DNA of 64,000 nt, from the IMG/VR virus record IMGVR_UViG_3300027836_000009, positions 28,114 through 92,113 of that record, one strand, 5' to 3'. The stretch is from a virus. The notes below the pieces were generated by a model, which worked only from the letters and a program-made list of their open reading frames with translations, made no database searches and was not told where the DNA came from. The translations under genes and the position numbers were made by a program. Below, piece by piece: positions 28,395 to 39,600 of the stretch. Numbering within the stretch: the first letter of the stretch is position 1; each line of letters starts with the position of its first letter.

Positions 28395-29117
28395 ATGTTT
28401 AGTGAAAGTAAATTAAAAACAATGCTGTTCTTTGATATTGAAACAGCTGGTAAGTATTCAAACTACGAAGAATTTGAAAACGCAGATCCTGCAGGTGCTG
28501 AGATGTGGCATAAGAAAATGAATCGTCAAAAAATTGAAGACTACAAAAAAGGTTATGAACAAAACGTTGCTCTTTATCCAGAGTTTGGACAAATCGTAAC
28601 AATGTCGTATGGCTTATGGAATCCTGATAAATATGCAGGAGGGAACGGTTATAATGTAGGTTCAATAACATTAGATGACGGCGATACTGAATATGATTCT
28701 TTAAAAAGAATTGCGATGGTATTTCATAATGCATCAGCAAACGGTTTAGTTCCTACCGGCTGGAATATCAAAAACTTTGACGTTCCGTGGATTGTTCGTA
28801 AATTACATAATGTAGGATTACAAGTTCCATCTTGCTTAAGTACTTATGATAAAAAGCCTTGGGAAGTTGGTGTTATTGATTTAAAAGAAATGTGGAAAAG
28901 TAATTCAAGTCTTGATGTAACTTTTGAAGAAGCTGCTTATAGTATGGGAATCCCAACTCCTAAAGATGACATTGATGGAAGTCAAGTACATGAAACATAT
29001 CATAATTATGGATTGGATAGAATTCAAACTTATTGTGAAAAAGACGTTAAGACAATGATTCATCTTGTTACTGCTATTTCAAAAATTTACAACCCAGGAG
29101 TATTAAAAACTGTTTAA
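28395..29117 (+). CDS. PolB-like 3'-5' exonuclease (DEDDy)
   Basis: ExoI FFDIET, ExoII GWNIKNFDVPW, ExoIII YCEKDV. Confidence 0.9.
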   Translation: MFSESKLKTMLFFDIETAGKYSNYEEFENADPAGAEMWHKKMNRQKIEDYKKGYEQNVALYPEFGQIVTMSYGLWNPDKYAGGNGYNVGSITLDDGDTEYDSLKRIAMVFHNASANGLVPTGWNIKNFDVPWIVRKLHNVGLQVPSCLSTYDKKPWEVGVIDLKEMWKSNSSLDVTFEEAAYSMGIPTPKDDIDGSQVHETYHNYGLDRIQTYCEKDVKTMIHLVTAISKIYNPGVLKTV

Positions 29118-29118
29118 T

Positions 29119-29946
29119 ATGCCTGAATTAGCAGAAGTAAAAATAATGTCCGACTTCATTAATAATGTTGTCGGCATTGACCCATTTTTTGAAGTTGTTG
29201 AAAAATCAGAAGTTTCAAAAGTAAAAACTGATCTTGATGTTTTTGAAGGAGGAATCTTTGCTATTTCTGCTCAATCACGTGGAAAGGAATTAATGCTTAA
29301 TCTTGAACTTGTTGGCGGTGACATTAATGGCGTTTTAATGAAAAGACTATCTTGTTCAATGGGTATGAGCGGTAATTGGATTTACATAAAGAAAGATAGT
29401 GCAAAATTAGAAACAGCTTTAAAACATGCGCATTTAAGATTCATAAGTACTCGAGGCAATTACTTAATTCTCTATGACGTAAGAAGATTCGCAAAGTGGA
29501 AATGGGCAGATACTTGGAATAAAGGCAGAGGTAACTGTCCGCTAATTGAATATAATGATTTTAATCTTGTTTTAAGAACAAACATATTTAAACATAAAGA
29601 TTTTAATAAACCTATTTGCGAAGTTTTAATGAATCAGAAATGGTTTAACGGTGTTGGTAATTATTTAAGAGCTGAAATACTTTATCGGTTAAACATTAAT
29701 CCTTTTCAGTCCGCCAACCAATTAACAGATCAAGATGTTGATCTTTTATGTACAATTACACATCTTTGTGTTAGAGATGCATATCAATTAGGTGGTGGCC
29801 AATTAAAAGATTGGTATAATCCTAATGGTATAAGTGGTGATACATTTAAAGAATGGGTTATGTGTTATGGCAAATTAAGTTCAATGGTTGATAAAACAGG
29901 CCGCAAGTTTTGGTATGATCCAAAATGGGAATCTTACCGAGTTTAG
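29119..29946 (+). CDS. nei: Fpg/Nei-family DNA glycosylase/AP lyase, NEIL1-like with a zincless finger
   Basis: N-terminal MPE, RGKEL, GMSG, DVRRF and H2TH FNGVGNYLRAEILY; no CxxC zinc finger. Confidence 0.92.
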   Translation: MPELAEVKIMSDFINNVVGIDPFFEVVEKSEVSKVKTDLDVFEGGIFAISAQSRGKELMLNLELVGGDINGVLMKRLSCSMGMSGNWIYIKKDSAKLETALKHAHLRFISTRGNYLILYDVRRFAKWKWADTWNKGRGNCPLIEYNDFNLVLRTNIFKHKDFNKPICEVLMNQKWFNGVGNYLRAEILYRLNINPFQSANQLTDQDVDLLCTITHLCVRDAYQLGGGQLKDWYNPNGISGDTFKEWVMCYGKLSSMVDKTGRKFWYDPKWESYRV

Positions 29947-29952
29947 CAATTA

Positions 29953-29960
29953 GATATATA
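29953..29960 (+). promoter_or_regulatory. Putative late promoter box GATATATA
   Basis: Located where the structural genes resume, 30 nt upstream of ATG 29991. Confidence 0.55.
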
Positions 29961-29990
29961 AAACAAATCATAAGAAAATAACTTAGAAAA

Positions 29991-30806
29991 ATGGCAAACA
30001 TTTCAATCACGGAATTGTTAGGAGGGGATAATATCGCAGGATCTCGTATAACAATTAACGACAACTTCAAAAAATTAACAAACGCAATCAATACTCTTGA
30101 AGGACGTTTGGACACTTCTTTTAACCCAGGTGGAGCCTTAAATGTAGGTAACGCAATTATTAAGAAGTACACTAATCCTGCATCAGCACAAATATTTACA
30201 TGTGAAGCTACTGGTTTATTCCAAGGCAATTTAAATGTCGCATTAAGTTTAGGTGTTACGCAAAGTATAACAGTTGCACAAAGCTTAACTGTTAATAAAA
30301 ATATAACTTTTGATGGTTCAGCTGTTGGCGGTGGAACATTAACATCTGCAGTGCCTTCAACTTTTTCTAATGAATTCCGTATTTCACAATTAGGAACAGG
30401 TGGTTTATTGTTAGATCCACAAACTTTAACAGGAGGCACAACAACAAGAACAATGGCTCCAGGCACGTTAAATAACAGATCAGTGTTAAGACTTAACTTG
30501 TCAGCTTATACTGGTACAGCACCATCTGATTGTGATACTATTAATTTACCAGCAGGTAATTTAGGACAAATTGTAACTATCTTTATACAAACACCAATTA
30601 CATCAGGCATTTCATTAAGTACATTTACAATCGGAACTGCAAATTTAGCAACTTCTGCGCCAATTGAATTTAAAGCAATATCAAGTCTATCTTTTGCAAG
30701 TACAGACGTTAAAAAATTAGCGGTAACGTTATTTTATGATAATTCTGGTTGGAGAGTAATAAGTGCAGCTAATCCAGGTGATAGCGTATACTCAATTGAA
30801 TACTAA
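29991..30806 (+). CDS. Short tail fibre/structural protein
   Basis: N-terminal docking-like helix (ELLGGDNIAGSRITINDNF); T/S/G-rich; C-terminal INLPAG..GQ...AVTLFYDNSGWRV. Confidence 0.6.
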   Translation: MANISITELLGGDNIAGSRITINDNFKKLTNAINTLEGRLDTSFNPGGALNVGNAIIKKYTNPASAQIFTCEATGLFQGNLNVALSLGVTQSITVAQSLTVNKNITFDGSAVGGGTLTSAVPSTFSNEFRISQLGTGGLLLDPQTLTGGTTTRTMAPGTLNNRSVLRLNLSAYTGTAPSDCDTINLPAGNLGQIVTIFIQTPITSGISLSTFTIGTANLATSAPIEFKAISSLSFASTDVKKLAVTLFYDNSGWRVISAANPGDSVYSIEY

Positions 30807-30823
30807 AAAATTAGAGACCTTAA

Positions 30824-32968
30824 ATGATAGCTCCATTAATTAAACCAATCCGTTTACAGGGTGGTACATTTTATACGTTTTCATCAGCATCAGAAGATTT
30901 AGGACTGTCTTTGAATAATTCGCAAAAGAAATTTAAGTTTTCTACATTTGCGTTATTAAACATACCTGACATAAAATCTTCTCCGTTAGGTGAAAATAAT
31001 ATAGGCTTGTCAAATACACCTGGCGCGTTTACAGTTATTGACCAAAGCAAGACATTAAATGATTACTTTGCGGAATCATTACAAAATTACTGTCTTAACT
31101 TAGAATCAATGATCACATCTGATCCTGATTATGATCCAACATTAAGTCGTACAGTTTCTGAACGTGTTTTTTATAAATGGTTAAAGGAAATTGGAGCAAT
31201 TCGTTTTCGTGAAGCTAATGCAAGTGAATTAAGTTCAAACATATACGGTTTAAGATGGGTTGAAGAAGATGAAACACCAACTTACAAAAGAGTTGTAAGA
31301 TATGTTGGTGATATAAACATCATTAATAGTGTTAGAAATAATTTTAATGCTTTTACTGAAGTTTATATTTACGTTCCTACATCACATGGTAACACACCAA
31401 CTGTATTATTTAATTCAATTAGTGATGCTAATTATGCTCCTAATAAAGTTTTTACAAACACACCCGAAAATCCTTTAGCTGCTGAATACTTAAACGGTAG
31501 AGATGCTGCAACTGTTCAGCCTGCAGGTTTAAGTACATTAGCGTTTTTTGACAGTGATACATTTACTTATACAGTTGATGATCCACAAAGTACATTAGGT
31601 GAATACTATTACTATAGTCCTGTTACAAATTCTTACATTCAAGAAGGATTCCCAGGGTTCCAGTGGTGGTTCCCAAATCCAATTGCGAATACGTATTTCT
31701 TAGAGCCTGCTGCATTTGGTGATTCAGCAAATGACAAGTTTAAAATTGAAAGTACTTATAAAATTGTAGAATACACAAGATCACGTCTCGATGGTATTTC
31801 AGTTGAATTTAAAACCGATGTTTATGCAGGAATTAAAGGCGCTATAACAGATTTTGGTACATTTAATGATTCAGCATTAGCACAATCTTTTGATTTTAAT
31901 GCTGTACTTATTTATTATGATTTATACGATCCATTAAATCCTAGCGATTCAACAACTAACTTATTTGGAGTTTTATTCCTAGATAATGTAGATCCTCTTG
32001 CAAGTGGTGGCGGATACATACCAAGATTAACAAAATATAAGCCTAATTCATTAACAGGTGATAACGGTAACTCTTATGCTTACCGAGTTAACTTGAAGTT
32101 TGATTTGAATACTCAAGATACTTCAATTGAGACAAACATTAATAACTATAACCCATTTTCATTACAGCTCTATATGGATGCTTTAAATGAAATGAATGCT
32201 GCAGTTACAATATTAATGAATAACAATCAGTTAGTTAATGATCTTTATGCTGAATTTCAAAACTTACAAAGTTTAATTTTATCTAATGAAACTGCGCAAC
32301 AGATTGAAGCTCGAATGACAGCTTTAGAAGATAGCATTACAACGAACGCAGGGCTTTACGCAAATACAACAAACATCTTAAACTTAATTCAACGAAATTA
32401 CGAAGAGATAACAAACATTTATAAAAATCAGACAAGTGTTCAAATGTCTTATAACCTGGATCTTTTACAACCAGGTCAAGGTATTTATTTAGATAAGAGT
32501 CAAGCAGGGACTGTTCAGATTGTGAACACGAATCAGCAATTTAATTTAGGAACTAAACCTCTTGTTTCAATCTTAGATGATTTCTTATCAAATCCTAACA
32601 GTTATTCATACGTTAAACCACTTATAGATTTTACAAATTATATTAAGATAACAGACGGCACACCAAACAACCCACTTATTGTTGACCGTGATGTTGTAAT
32701 GTACATCGATGATACAAATAAAAGTTGGCAAAAAGGCCAAGTATTAAGAATATCTTTTGTTAATGGTATTGACTTAAATAACGCAAACGGCAAATTTAAC
32801 TTTATTGTGTATTCTGATGCAACTGATTACTTGAACACAGGATTCCCTTATTCAGCTGAAATTGGTTTTATTACTTATCTTGATTTTGAGAATAAAGGAA
32901 ATTCTCCAATTATTGAACTTGTATGTTTAGATCCTGCGACATTTACGTTTGCAGTTGATATATTCTAA
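30824..32968 (+). CDS. Virion structural protein
   Basis: 714 aa in the structural operon; globular N-terminus plus a coiled coil. Confidence 0.6.
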   Translation: MIAPLIKPIRLQGGTFYTFSSASEDLGLSLNNSQKKFKFSTFALLNIPDIKSSPLGENNIGLSNTPGAFTVIDQSKTLNDYFAESLQNYCLNLESMITSDPDYDPTLSRTVSERVFYKWLKEIGAIRFREANASELSSNIYGLRWVEEDETPTYKRVVRYVGDINIINSVRNNFNAFTEVYIYVPTSHGNTPTVLFNSISDANYAPNKVFTNTPENPLAAEYLNGRDAATVQPAGLSTLAFFDSDTFTYTVDDPQSTLGEYYYYSPVTNSYIQEGFPGFQWWFPNPIANTYFLEPAAFGDSANDKFKIESTYKIVEYTRSRLDGISVEFKTDVYAGIKGAITDFGTFNDSALAQSFDFNAVLIYYDLYDPLNPSDSTTNLFGVLFLDNVDPLASGGGYIPRLTKYKPNSLTGDNGNSYAYRVNLKFDLNTQDTSIETNINNYNPFSLQLYMDALNEMNAAVTILMNNNQLVNDLYAEFQNLQSLILSNETAQQIEARMTALEDSITTNAGLYANTTNILNLIQRNYEEITNIYKNQTSVQMSYNLDLLQPGQGIYLDKSQAGTVQIVNTNQQFNLGTKPLVSILDDFLSNPNSYSYVKPLIDFTNYIKITDGTPNNPLIVDRDVVMYIDDTNKSWQKGQVLRISFVNGIDLNNANGKFNFIVYSDATDYLNTGFPYSAEIGFITYLDFENKGNSPIIELVCLDPATFTFAVDIF

Positions 32969-32989
32969 TATTCTAAAAAATTAAAAAAT

Positions 32990-35900
32990 ATGAGCACACC
33001 TAATACGACTGAAAATAGTCTTGGCACAATATTAGCTAATTTTATTCGCTTACAAAATAATTCATTAGATACACTGCAGGCAATTCAAACTGCAACAACT
33101 TCTAATGCGGATACTGTAGCTATAACTGTTTCAAACAGCGATGGAACAACTACGTCATACACAATCCCTTCGTTTGGGTATCTTAAAGGCAGTATTGATA
33201 GAATTGATAACACAATTCAAAAACTAACAGGATTTGACGGTAGCGATGCTTATATAAGAATGCCTGATGGAACATTTAAAAGAATTTACCAAGCAGCACT
33301 TATAAAGAATCCTGCACCAATTGGTAATCTTACAGTTCCGTCAAAATTCATTACTGAAAATAATTATTTCTTTGAGAGTATGTACACACCTGCTCTTAAA
33401 GTTAGTTTTGATGTAACGCCTTACATACCACAACAAGAATCAAAAATTTATGCTCAACGATTAATTCTTAATCTTGACGATAAAACGAAACAAGATTATT
33501 TTAACAATAACTTAAAAGGTAAAAATAATCTTGATTATGTGCAGCTTCTTGTTGGCTTACAAAAACAAAACATTAATTATTTTACAGACGATGCTGTTCT
33601 TGACATGCCTCTTTCAATTGTAAGATATGCCGGTGATTTTTTAGTTGTAAACATACAAGATAGAGAAGTTACAAATCCTGATGGTAGTACAGGTAAAAAG
33701 AGATGGTACTTATTTAATAAGTTATCATATACCGATAATCTTTCGTTAACAAAAGATACGCTTTCATTAAAAATAGGTGATCGCCTTGTTAAAGGCGAAA
33801 CGATGTATGAAATAGTAGAAATTGATAATTCAACAAAATACGTTAGAGTTACAAGATTAAATGGATACGACCCTTTTATCGTTGGTGAACCTGTAGGATT
33901 TTATTCTGAAACATTCTCGCCTAAAATTGCTAATGTAGGAATCGGCTTTAACGAATATAATGTTATTTTCTTTAGAACTGTTAATGATGAAGAAAACTTA
34001 ATCTCTACAATTTATTCACCAGGCGTTGCTTTTGCTACTAATGACTTAAGTACTGAAACTGGTGCAGGAACAATGATAATGAAAGATTTTTATCAAAAGA
34101 ATGTTCTTGATTTTGGTAACATTTTATTATCACAAGCAAAAGAAAATAAAATATCAGCAGTTGATGGTATTACACCGATAGCTCCTGAGTTAGATCCGTC
34201 AAACTTTAAAGTTGTTACAATTAACGATCATAAACTTGACCAAGCTGAGATTGACTCAATCAGAAAGAAACAATCTGATAAGGTTACACTTGAGTCTGAG
34301 ATTACTGAATTAGAAAAATCAATTGATAAAAAGAAAGAAGAACTAAATTCACGTAAGTTTAATTCGGATACTGAACGTCGTGGAGTTAAAAATGAATTAG
34401 ATAATTTAATTCGCGAGAAAAGCACAAAATCTTCCCTCTATGCATCTATTGTAAAAGAACTTGCGGTTATTGCTGAACAAAAACCGGCAGCATTAGACAC
34501 ACCTAAATTTCGTATTAGAGGGTTCTTTAATATGCCTGACCCACAATATAGTGAGAAAACAGGTAACCAAAGTGTAATGCAATTTAGAATCTATTGGAGA
34601 TACGTTAGGCCTGATGGAAGTCAAAATAATGTTCAGCAGTTTGACTTTATTGATGCAAATGGACAAATTAAAAAAGGTACTTACTCAAATTTAAATGAAT
34701 ACACATCAGCTATACGAGCAAAAATATACGATGTAGGCACAGGTAAATACGTATGGGCTTCAGAAGATATTGAAAATCCCGATGCTGTAAATATTAACCA
34801 AATTGATATTCCTATTAGTAAAGGTGAAAAAGTTGAGTTTTATGTAATTTCAGTTTCTGAAGCAGGCTGGCCTGATAACCCTCTTCTTTCAAATTCTTCT
34901 AATGTTATATCAATTGACTTTCCTACTGATCTTGCTACTGAAGATGAAGCAACTATTGCGCTTCAACAAGCAAATGCAGAAGCTGTGCGAGTTCAACTTA
35001 ATAATGATTTAGCTGCTAAAGGAATTGATACCCATTTAGAAAGTTCATTCTTTGTCGGCCAAAAATATTATGCTCACAATGCTGAAACAGTTTCTTCAGG
35101 ATATTATACGTCTGAAGGCAATGTTATTACACTTTTACAAAAACTTCAAGAATATGAAATAAGAATTCTTGAATTAGAAAATAGAGCTAATCGTGTTGCT
35201 GGTATTCTTAGCATATATCTGATTGATCCTGATAAGAAAACTAAAACAGCTATTACACGAGGAAGTGTTATTCAACTTTTTGCTGGCTATTACTTAGATT
35301 ATGTAACATTATTACCTGTTAATGAGAGACGTGGCGCAATTGTAAATAAGACATACCAAATTTCATTAGAAAACGCTGAGGCAACACCTTTACAATTAAT
35401 TTCAAGATTCCCAGGTGGAATTGGTGCTGCTTTGCCTACTACATTAACAACAGCAAATATTCCTGTGTTCCCTTCAGTACAACCGTTTGTGTCTCCGTAT
35501 AATACAACGACTTTATTCCCAACTACTAGTGATAGCGATTATAATAACTTTAGATTATATGACCAAACGCCTATAGTTCAAACTTCTATACAAAAAGATG
35601 ATACAAATAACGGTAACAAGTACGCAACAGCGTTTTATCAAAGCGGCCAATCAAAAGGGCAATACATTTATAGCAGATTTAAAGATGTAGGACTTGTTAA
35701 CAATTTATATGAAAATCCAATAACAGGAAGATATTATGTTCCACCAACGCCAACTACGTCAGGTGCCGTTAACGCGGAAACATGGATATGGAATGGAACA
35801 TATTCATTGACAAATGTCCCTAATGGCGGTTTAGCTGGTGAAATTAGCGATTTTTGTATACATACAGATCACCCAGCAATAAACCCAGGGTTTCCAGGAA

Positions 35901-36637
35901 CTGCGCTTACATTCAACAATTTACAATTACCTTCTGTTAATATTGACCCAACGACTGGGTATCCTATTGCTCCTGAGGCTGCATCAACATTCAGACATGC
36001 TAAAAATGTTGAACTTGAAGCAAGTACAGTAAATGGATATCGTCCACAATTAGGATATTACCAGGCATTCTTAGACAATGTTAAAGTTGCTGTGTTGCCT
36101 ATACCAGCGCCTCCTGCGTCACCAACTTATAAATATGAAAATGTTTATCAGCCAGTTTCTCTAAACGAATATCCTGATAAGTTTGGATTCGTATCAAACG
36201 ATAGATATTTAATAGGGAACAAAACTTGCGGATCTTATTTATTTTTAGGACCAAGCACATTTAATCAATTAAATGTAAACGGCATTGATGCTAGAGCTAC
36301 GCAAGAACTTAAAACCGGTGACACAAATGCAATTGTAATTCCTGTAGTTTTTCAATTTAGAATGGAAGATTATTGGGGTCCGTCAGGCGGGGCTGGCGCA
36401 GGTATCATAGGTGGATATAAAGGATCTACACCTCCAACTAATTTAACTTATGGTAGAAGAATAGGTCTTGACCTTTATGCACAAGATGAAGATACATTCT
36501 CTTTTGATATTCAAGTAAGCGCTACATATAAGAAAACTTCGTTAAGTCAAGTTATAGCAACAGCTTACCCAACATTTAACAAAGAAACTAAAAATATTGT
36601 TTATGATAAATACACTATCAAAACACTTATCTCATAA
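32990..36637 (+). CDS. Virion structural protein with a central coiled coil
   Basis: 1215 aa; coiled coil EIDSIRKKQSDK...; T/P-rich C-terminus. Confidence 0.6.
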   Translation: MSTPNTTENSLGTILANFIRLQNNSLDTLQAIQTATTSNADTVAITVSNSDGTTTSYTIPSFGYLKGSIDRIDNTIQKLTGFDGSDAYIRMPDGTFKRIYQAALIKNPAPIGNLTVPSKFITENNYFFESMYTPALKVSFDVTPYIPQQESKIYAQRLILNLDDKTKQDYFNNNLKGKNNLDYVQLLVGLQKQNINYFTDDAVLDMPLSIVRYAGDFLVVNIQDREVTNPDGSTGKKRWYLFNKLSYTDNLSLTKDTLSLKIGDRLVKGETMYEIVEIDNSTKYVRVTRLNGYDPFIVGEPVGFYSETFSPKIANVGIGFNEYNVIFFRTVNDEENLISTIYSPGVAFATNDLSTETGAGTMIMKDFYQKNVLDFGNILLSQAKENKISAVDGITPIAPELDPSNFKVVTINDHKLDQAEIDSIRKKQSDKVTLESEITELEKSIDKKKEELNSRKFNSDTERRGVKNELDNLIREKSTKSSLYASIVKELAVIAEQKPAALDTPKFRIRGFFNMPDPQYSEKTGNQSVMQFRIYWRYVRPDGSQNNVQQFDFIDANGQIKKGTYSNLNEYTSAIRAKIYDVGTGKYVWASEDIENPDAVNINQIDIPISKGEKVEFYVISVSEAGWPDNPLLSNSSNVISIDFPTDLATEDEATIALQQANAEAVRVQLNNDLAAKGIDTHLESSFFVGQKYYAHNAETVSSGYYTSEGNVITLLQKLQEYEIRILELENRANRVAGILSIYLIDPDKKTKTAITRGSVIQLFAGYYLDYVTLLPVNERRGAIVNKTYQISLENAEATPLQLISRFPGGIGAALPTTLTTANIPVFPSVQPFVSPYNTTTLFPTTSDSDYNNFRLYDQTPIVQTSIQKDDTNNGNKYATAFYQSGQSKGQYIYSRFKDVGLVNNLYENPITGRYYVPPTPTTSGAVNAETWIWNGTYSLTNVPNGGLAGEISDFCIHTDHPAINPGFPGTALTFNNLQLPSVNIDPTTGYPIAPEAASTFRHAKNVELEASTVNGYRPQLGYYQAFLDNVKVAVLPIPAPPASPTYKYENVYQPVSLNEYPDKFGFVSNDRYLIGNKTCGSYLFLGPSTFNQLNVNGIDARATQELKTGDTNAIVIPVVFQFRMEDYWGPSGGAGAGIIGGYKGSTPPTNLTYGRRIGLDLYAQDEDTFSFDIQVSATYKKTSLSQVIATAYPTFNKETKNIVYDKYTIKTLIS

Positions 36638-36640
36638 CCT

Positions 36641-39600
36641 ATGAGTACTCCAAACTTTTATAATATAAATTTTGAAAGAGAAGTAGTTGTTCAAGGAAAG
36701 AACACTACTTTTCTTTCTATTACAAGGAATGACGAAGAAATTGGTGCTGACCAAGATTTAGTTATCGTTCTTTATCCACAAAGAAATACATGGGAACAAT
36801 ATAAAAATGTTAGTGTAATTTCAAAAGGACAAGATAATACATATTATCCTGAAATTGTTTGGAAATTCCAATATACATCACCGCAGGAAATTTCTAAAGT
36901 AAATGACCCAAAATTTGAAAGAATCTTTAATGACTTAGAGGTTCTGAATTGGTATGATATAGATCCTAATTTAATTACAGCTGGAGGGGTGCCTCTTACA
37001 GTTATTGATTATAAGCCTGGCATAGGATTTTCTTTGAAGTCATTAAACAACCAATATTTTACGCCCCCAAATAATGTGATAAATCTAAACTTAGGTAAAA
37101 ACGATATAACTGATGCAGATAATTGGAAAATAAATGCCGGTGTTGTAAGTGAACAAATTAAAGCATTAGAAAATCAAATTTCACCCACATACTGGAAGCC
37201 ATTTGATAATTTACCTAACCCGTTTGACGGCACGACTCTTACTGTTGTATCTGATTATGGAAAATACACAGGATTCTTTAGTAGAAAAAATGCGTCTTGG
37301 ATAAGAATCCCTAAGGATAACACAAACGTAAATAATAATGGCGCAAGTATACGTATAGATTTTGACGGCAAAAAAAATAGTCATTTAAAACTTAACATAC
37401 TTGTTGCTAGGATGAGTAATTTAGCAGCCCAACCACAAGATTTAGTTTATGGTCACACTACTACTGGGGAATTTGGATGGAAAATTCAAGGTGCATCACA
37501 AGATGAATCCCGCGATTATCAAGAAGTACATTTCTTTGGCTATACTGAAGATTATGTTAAAACAAAAAGAGATAACACACCGGTTTCATATAAAATTGAA
37601 AATCCTATATACGATGACCAGGCTTCTTATGCGTTATTAAAAACTAACCCTAAAATTAGTGGTAACGTTAAACTTACAACAGATTCTAATGGTGATATTT
37701 GGCTAAACTCATTTGACGCAAATGATGAGCTTGCAAACTCATCATACAAAAAATATGCTATAAGTCCGTCTTCAACATACCAAAGAGATTTACATTACTT
37801 CTTTAAAAAAGGTAAAACACCAAGTAATATAGTATTTGAGCCTTACCAATTTGACAACCAATACTTAAATACAAAAAGAACATTTGAGCAACAATATGAT
37901 AACTTTTACAATTATGGCGTTGAACAATTAAGAAGTAAGTTGTATGATGAAGATTTTACTTTTTTAGCTCCTCTTTGGTTAAGAAAGGATGTACCAGATT
38001 TCTTTTTAATTTTTAGAATTGACGGACCTCTTAATATTGATTCTTACTTAAATAAAGGTAATGATGATAAGTTTAACAGTTTCTTTGCTGGAGCAAGACT
38101 GATAAAAACTTTTGATATGCGAAACTCATCTAAGCTAGGTTCGTATATTAGAAAAATTGTTAACGATCCTCGTTATCAAGAAAGACCAATTGAGGTTTCA
38201 TGGGAAACTGATGTTGCTACATATTGGAATGGTCTTTCATATAAAGATGGCACAATGACAGCAAAAGGTGAATTCTTATATGATTATTATAAACAAGATC
38301 GTCCTATTAAAGAATTTGAAGAATTTGTGACAAATGGCTTTGAACGTAATGGAATTATTAGTTCAAATTTATTAAACTTAGAATTTTTATTTGATGATGA
38401 CGAAGCTGATCTTTATAGCATTAATCGTTATTTTGGAATTTATGTAAACGAGAACCAACTTGCAGAATTTCAAATTGAGCCTTCAGTTTTAGGCAAGATA
38501 CAAGTTCCTTCACTATCAAGTCCAGATCCTTCAGTTTTACCTATTTATCAAACTCCACCACCTAAACCTGGTGTTGATGGCGAGCCTTATACTTTAAGAG
38601 AGTTTACACAAACTAATCCTGATGGTATACAGCTACCTATACATTATTATCATAATTCAGTTTTTACAAATAACACAACAAACATACCTGAGTACCAAGG
38701 AAACGTTATAGGCAAATTACCTTTGCCTGCAATGGTTGACGATCCTTTAAGATTCTTTTATGTAAAAGATAGAAATGATGTATTTAAAAGAGTTAATAAA
38801 TTAACTGAAGTTGATTATGGTGTACCAGGATCAAAAGATTATATTAGAGCAACACAATTACAGTTATTTGATAACGAAGAAAACATTAGTTCATATGGTG
38901 GTGTAACAAATATCACTTCTCAATTAAAAGCTGAACTACTTGACTCAGGCAAATCACAACTTGTTTTGGAATTATTTGACCAAGCAGGCACTGGTGTAAT
39001 TGCTGAGGATGAAGAATTTATTATAAATGTAGAAAATTATAATGACTATTCTTTTGACGATGACGTTAAAAAATATTATGTTCAAGTAACTGATACTGTT
39101 CTAGGTAATTATGTAAAAGTAAAATACTTTATAGGTGATTACCTTACTTCAACAACATCGTCTACTTACATTCAGCCTCCTGTGAATGATATTACACCGG
39201 TTGCTGTGGAAGATGCATCTGAATTGTTACTAGGCGACTTTATTTATATTATAGGTGGCGGTTATTACCAAATTACAGGTTTAAATACTGTTATTGCATT
39301 TAATAATATAGCACAAATTCAGCCAAAAGGACAACCTGTTTTTTCCTTAGGCTCAATTCAAACTAATACGGTGTCAGGTGCAACTCCTGGTATTACAATA
39401 TGTCCACAGTTATCAAATAGCGGAAATGGCATAGGAGCTAATTTTAATGTTACAGTTGATGGCACTGGTGCTGTTACAGTTGTTTCGTTAAATTTACCTG
39501 GCACGCAATACACATTATCAGATGTTATTACAATTGACCTAACTCCTATAGGCGGTTCTGGTACATTAACAATTTCACCAGCAACATTATTAGAGATAAC

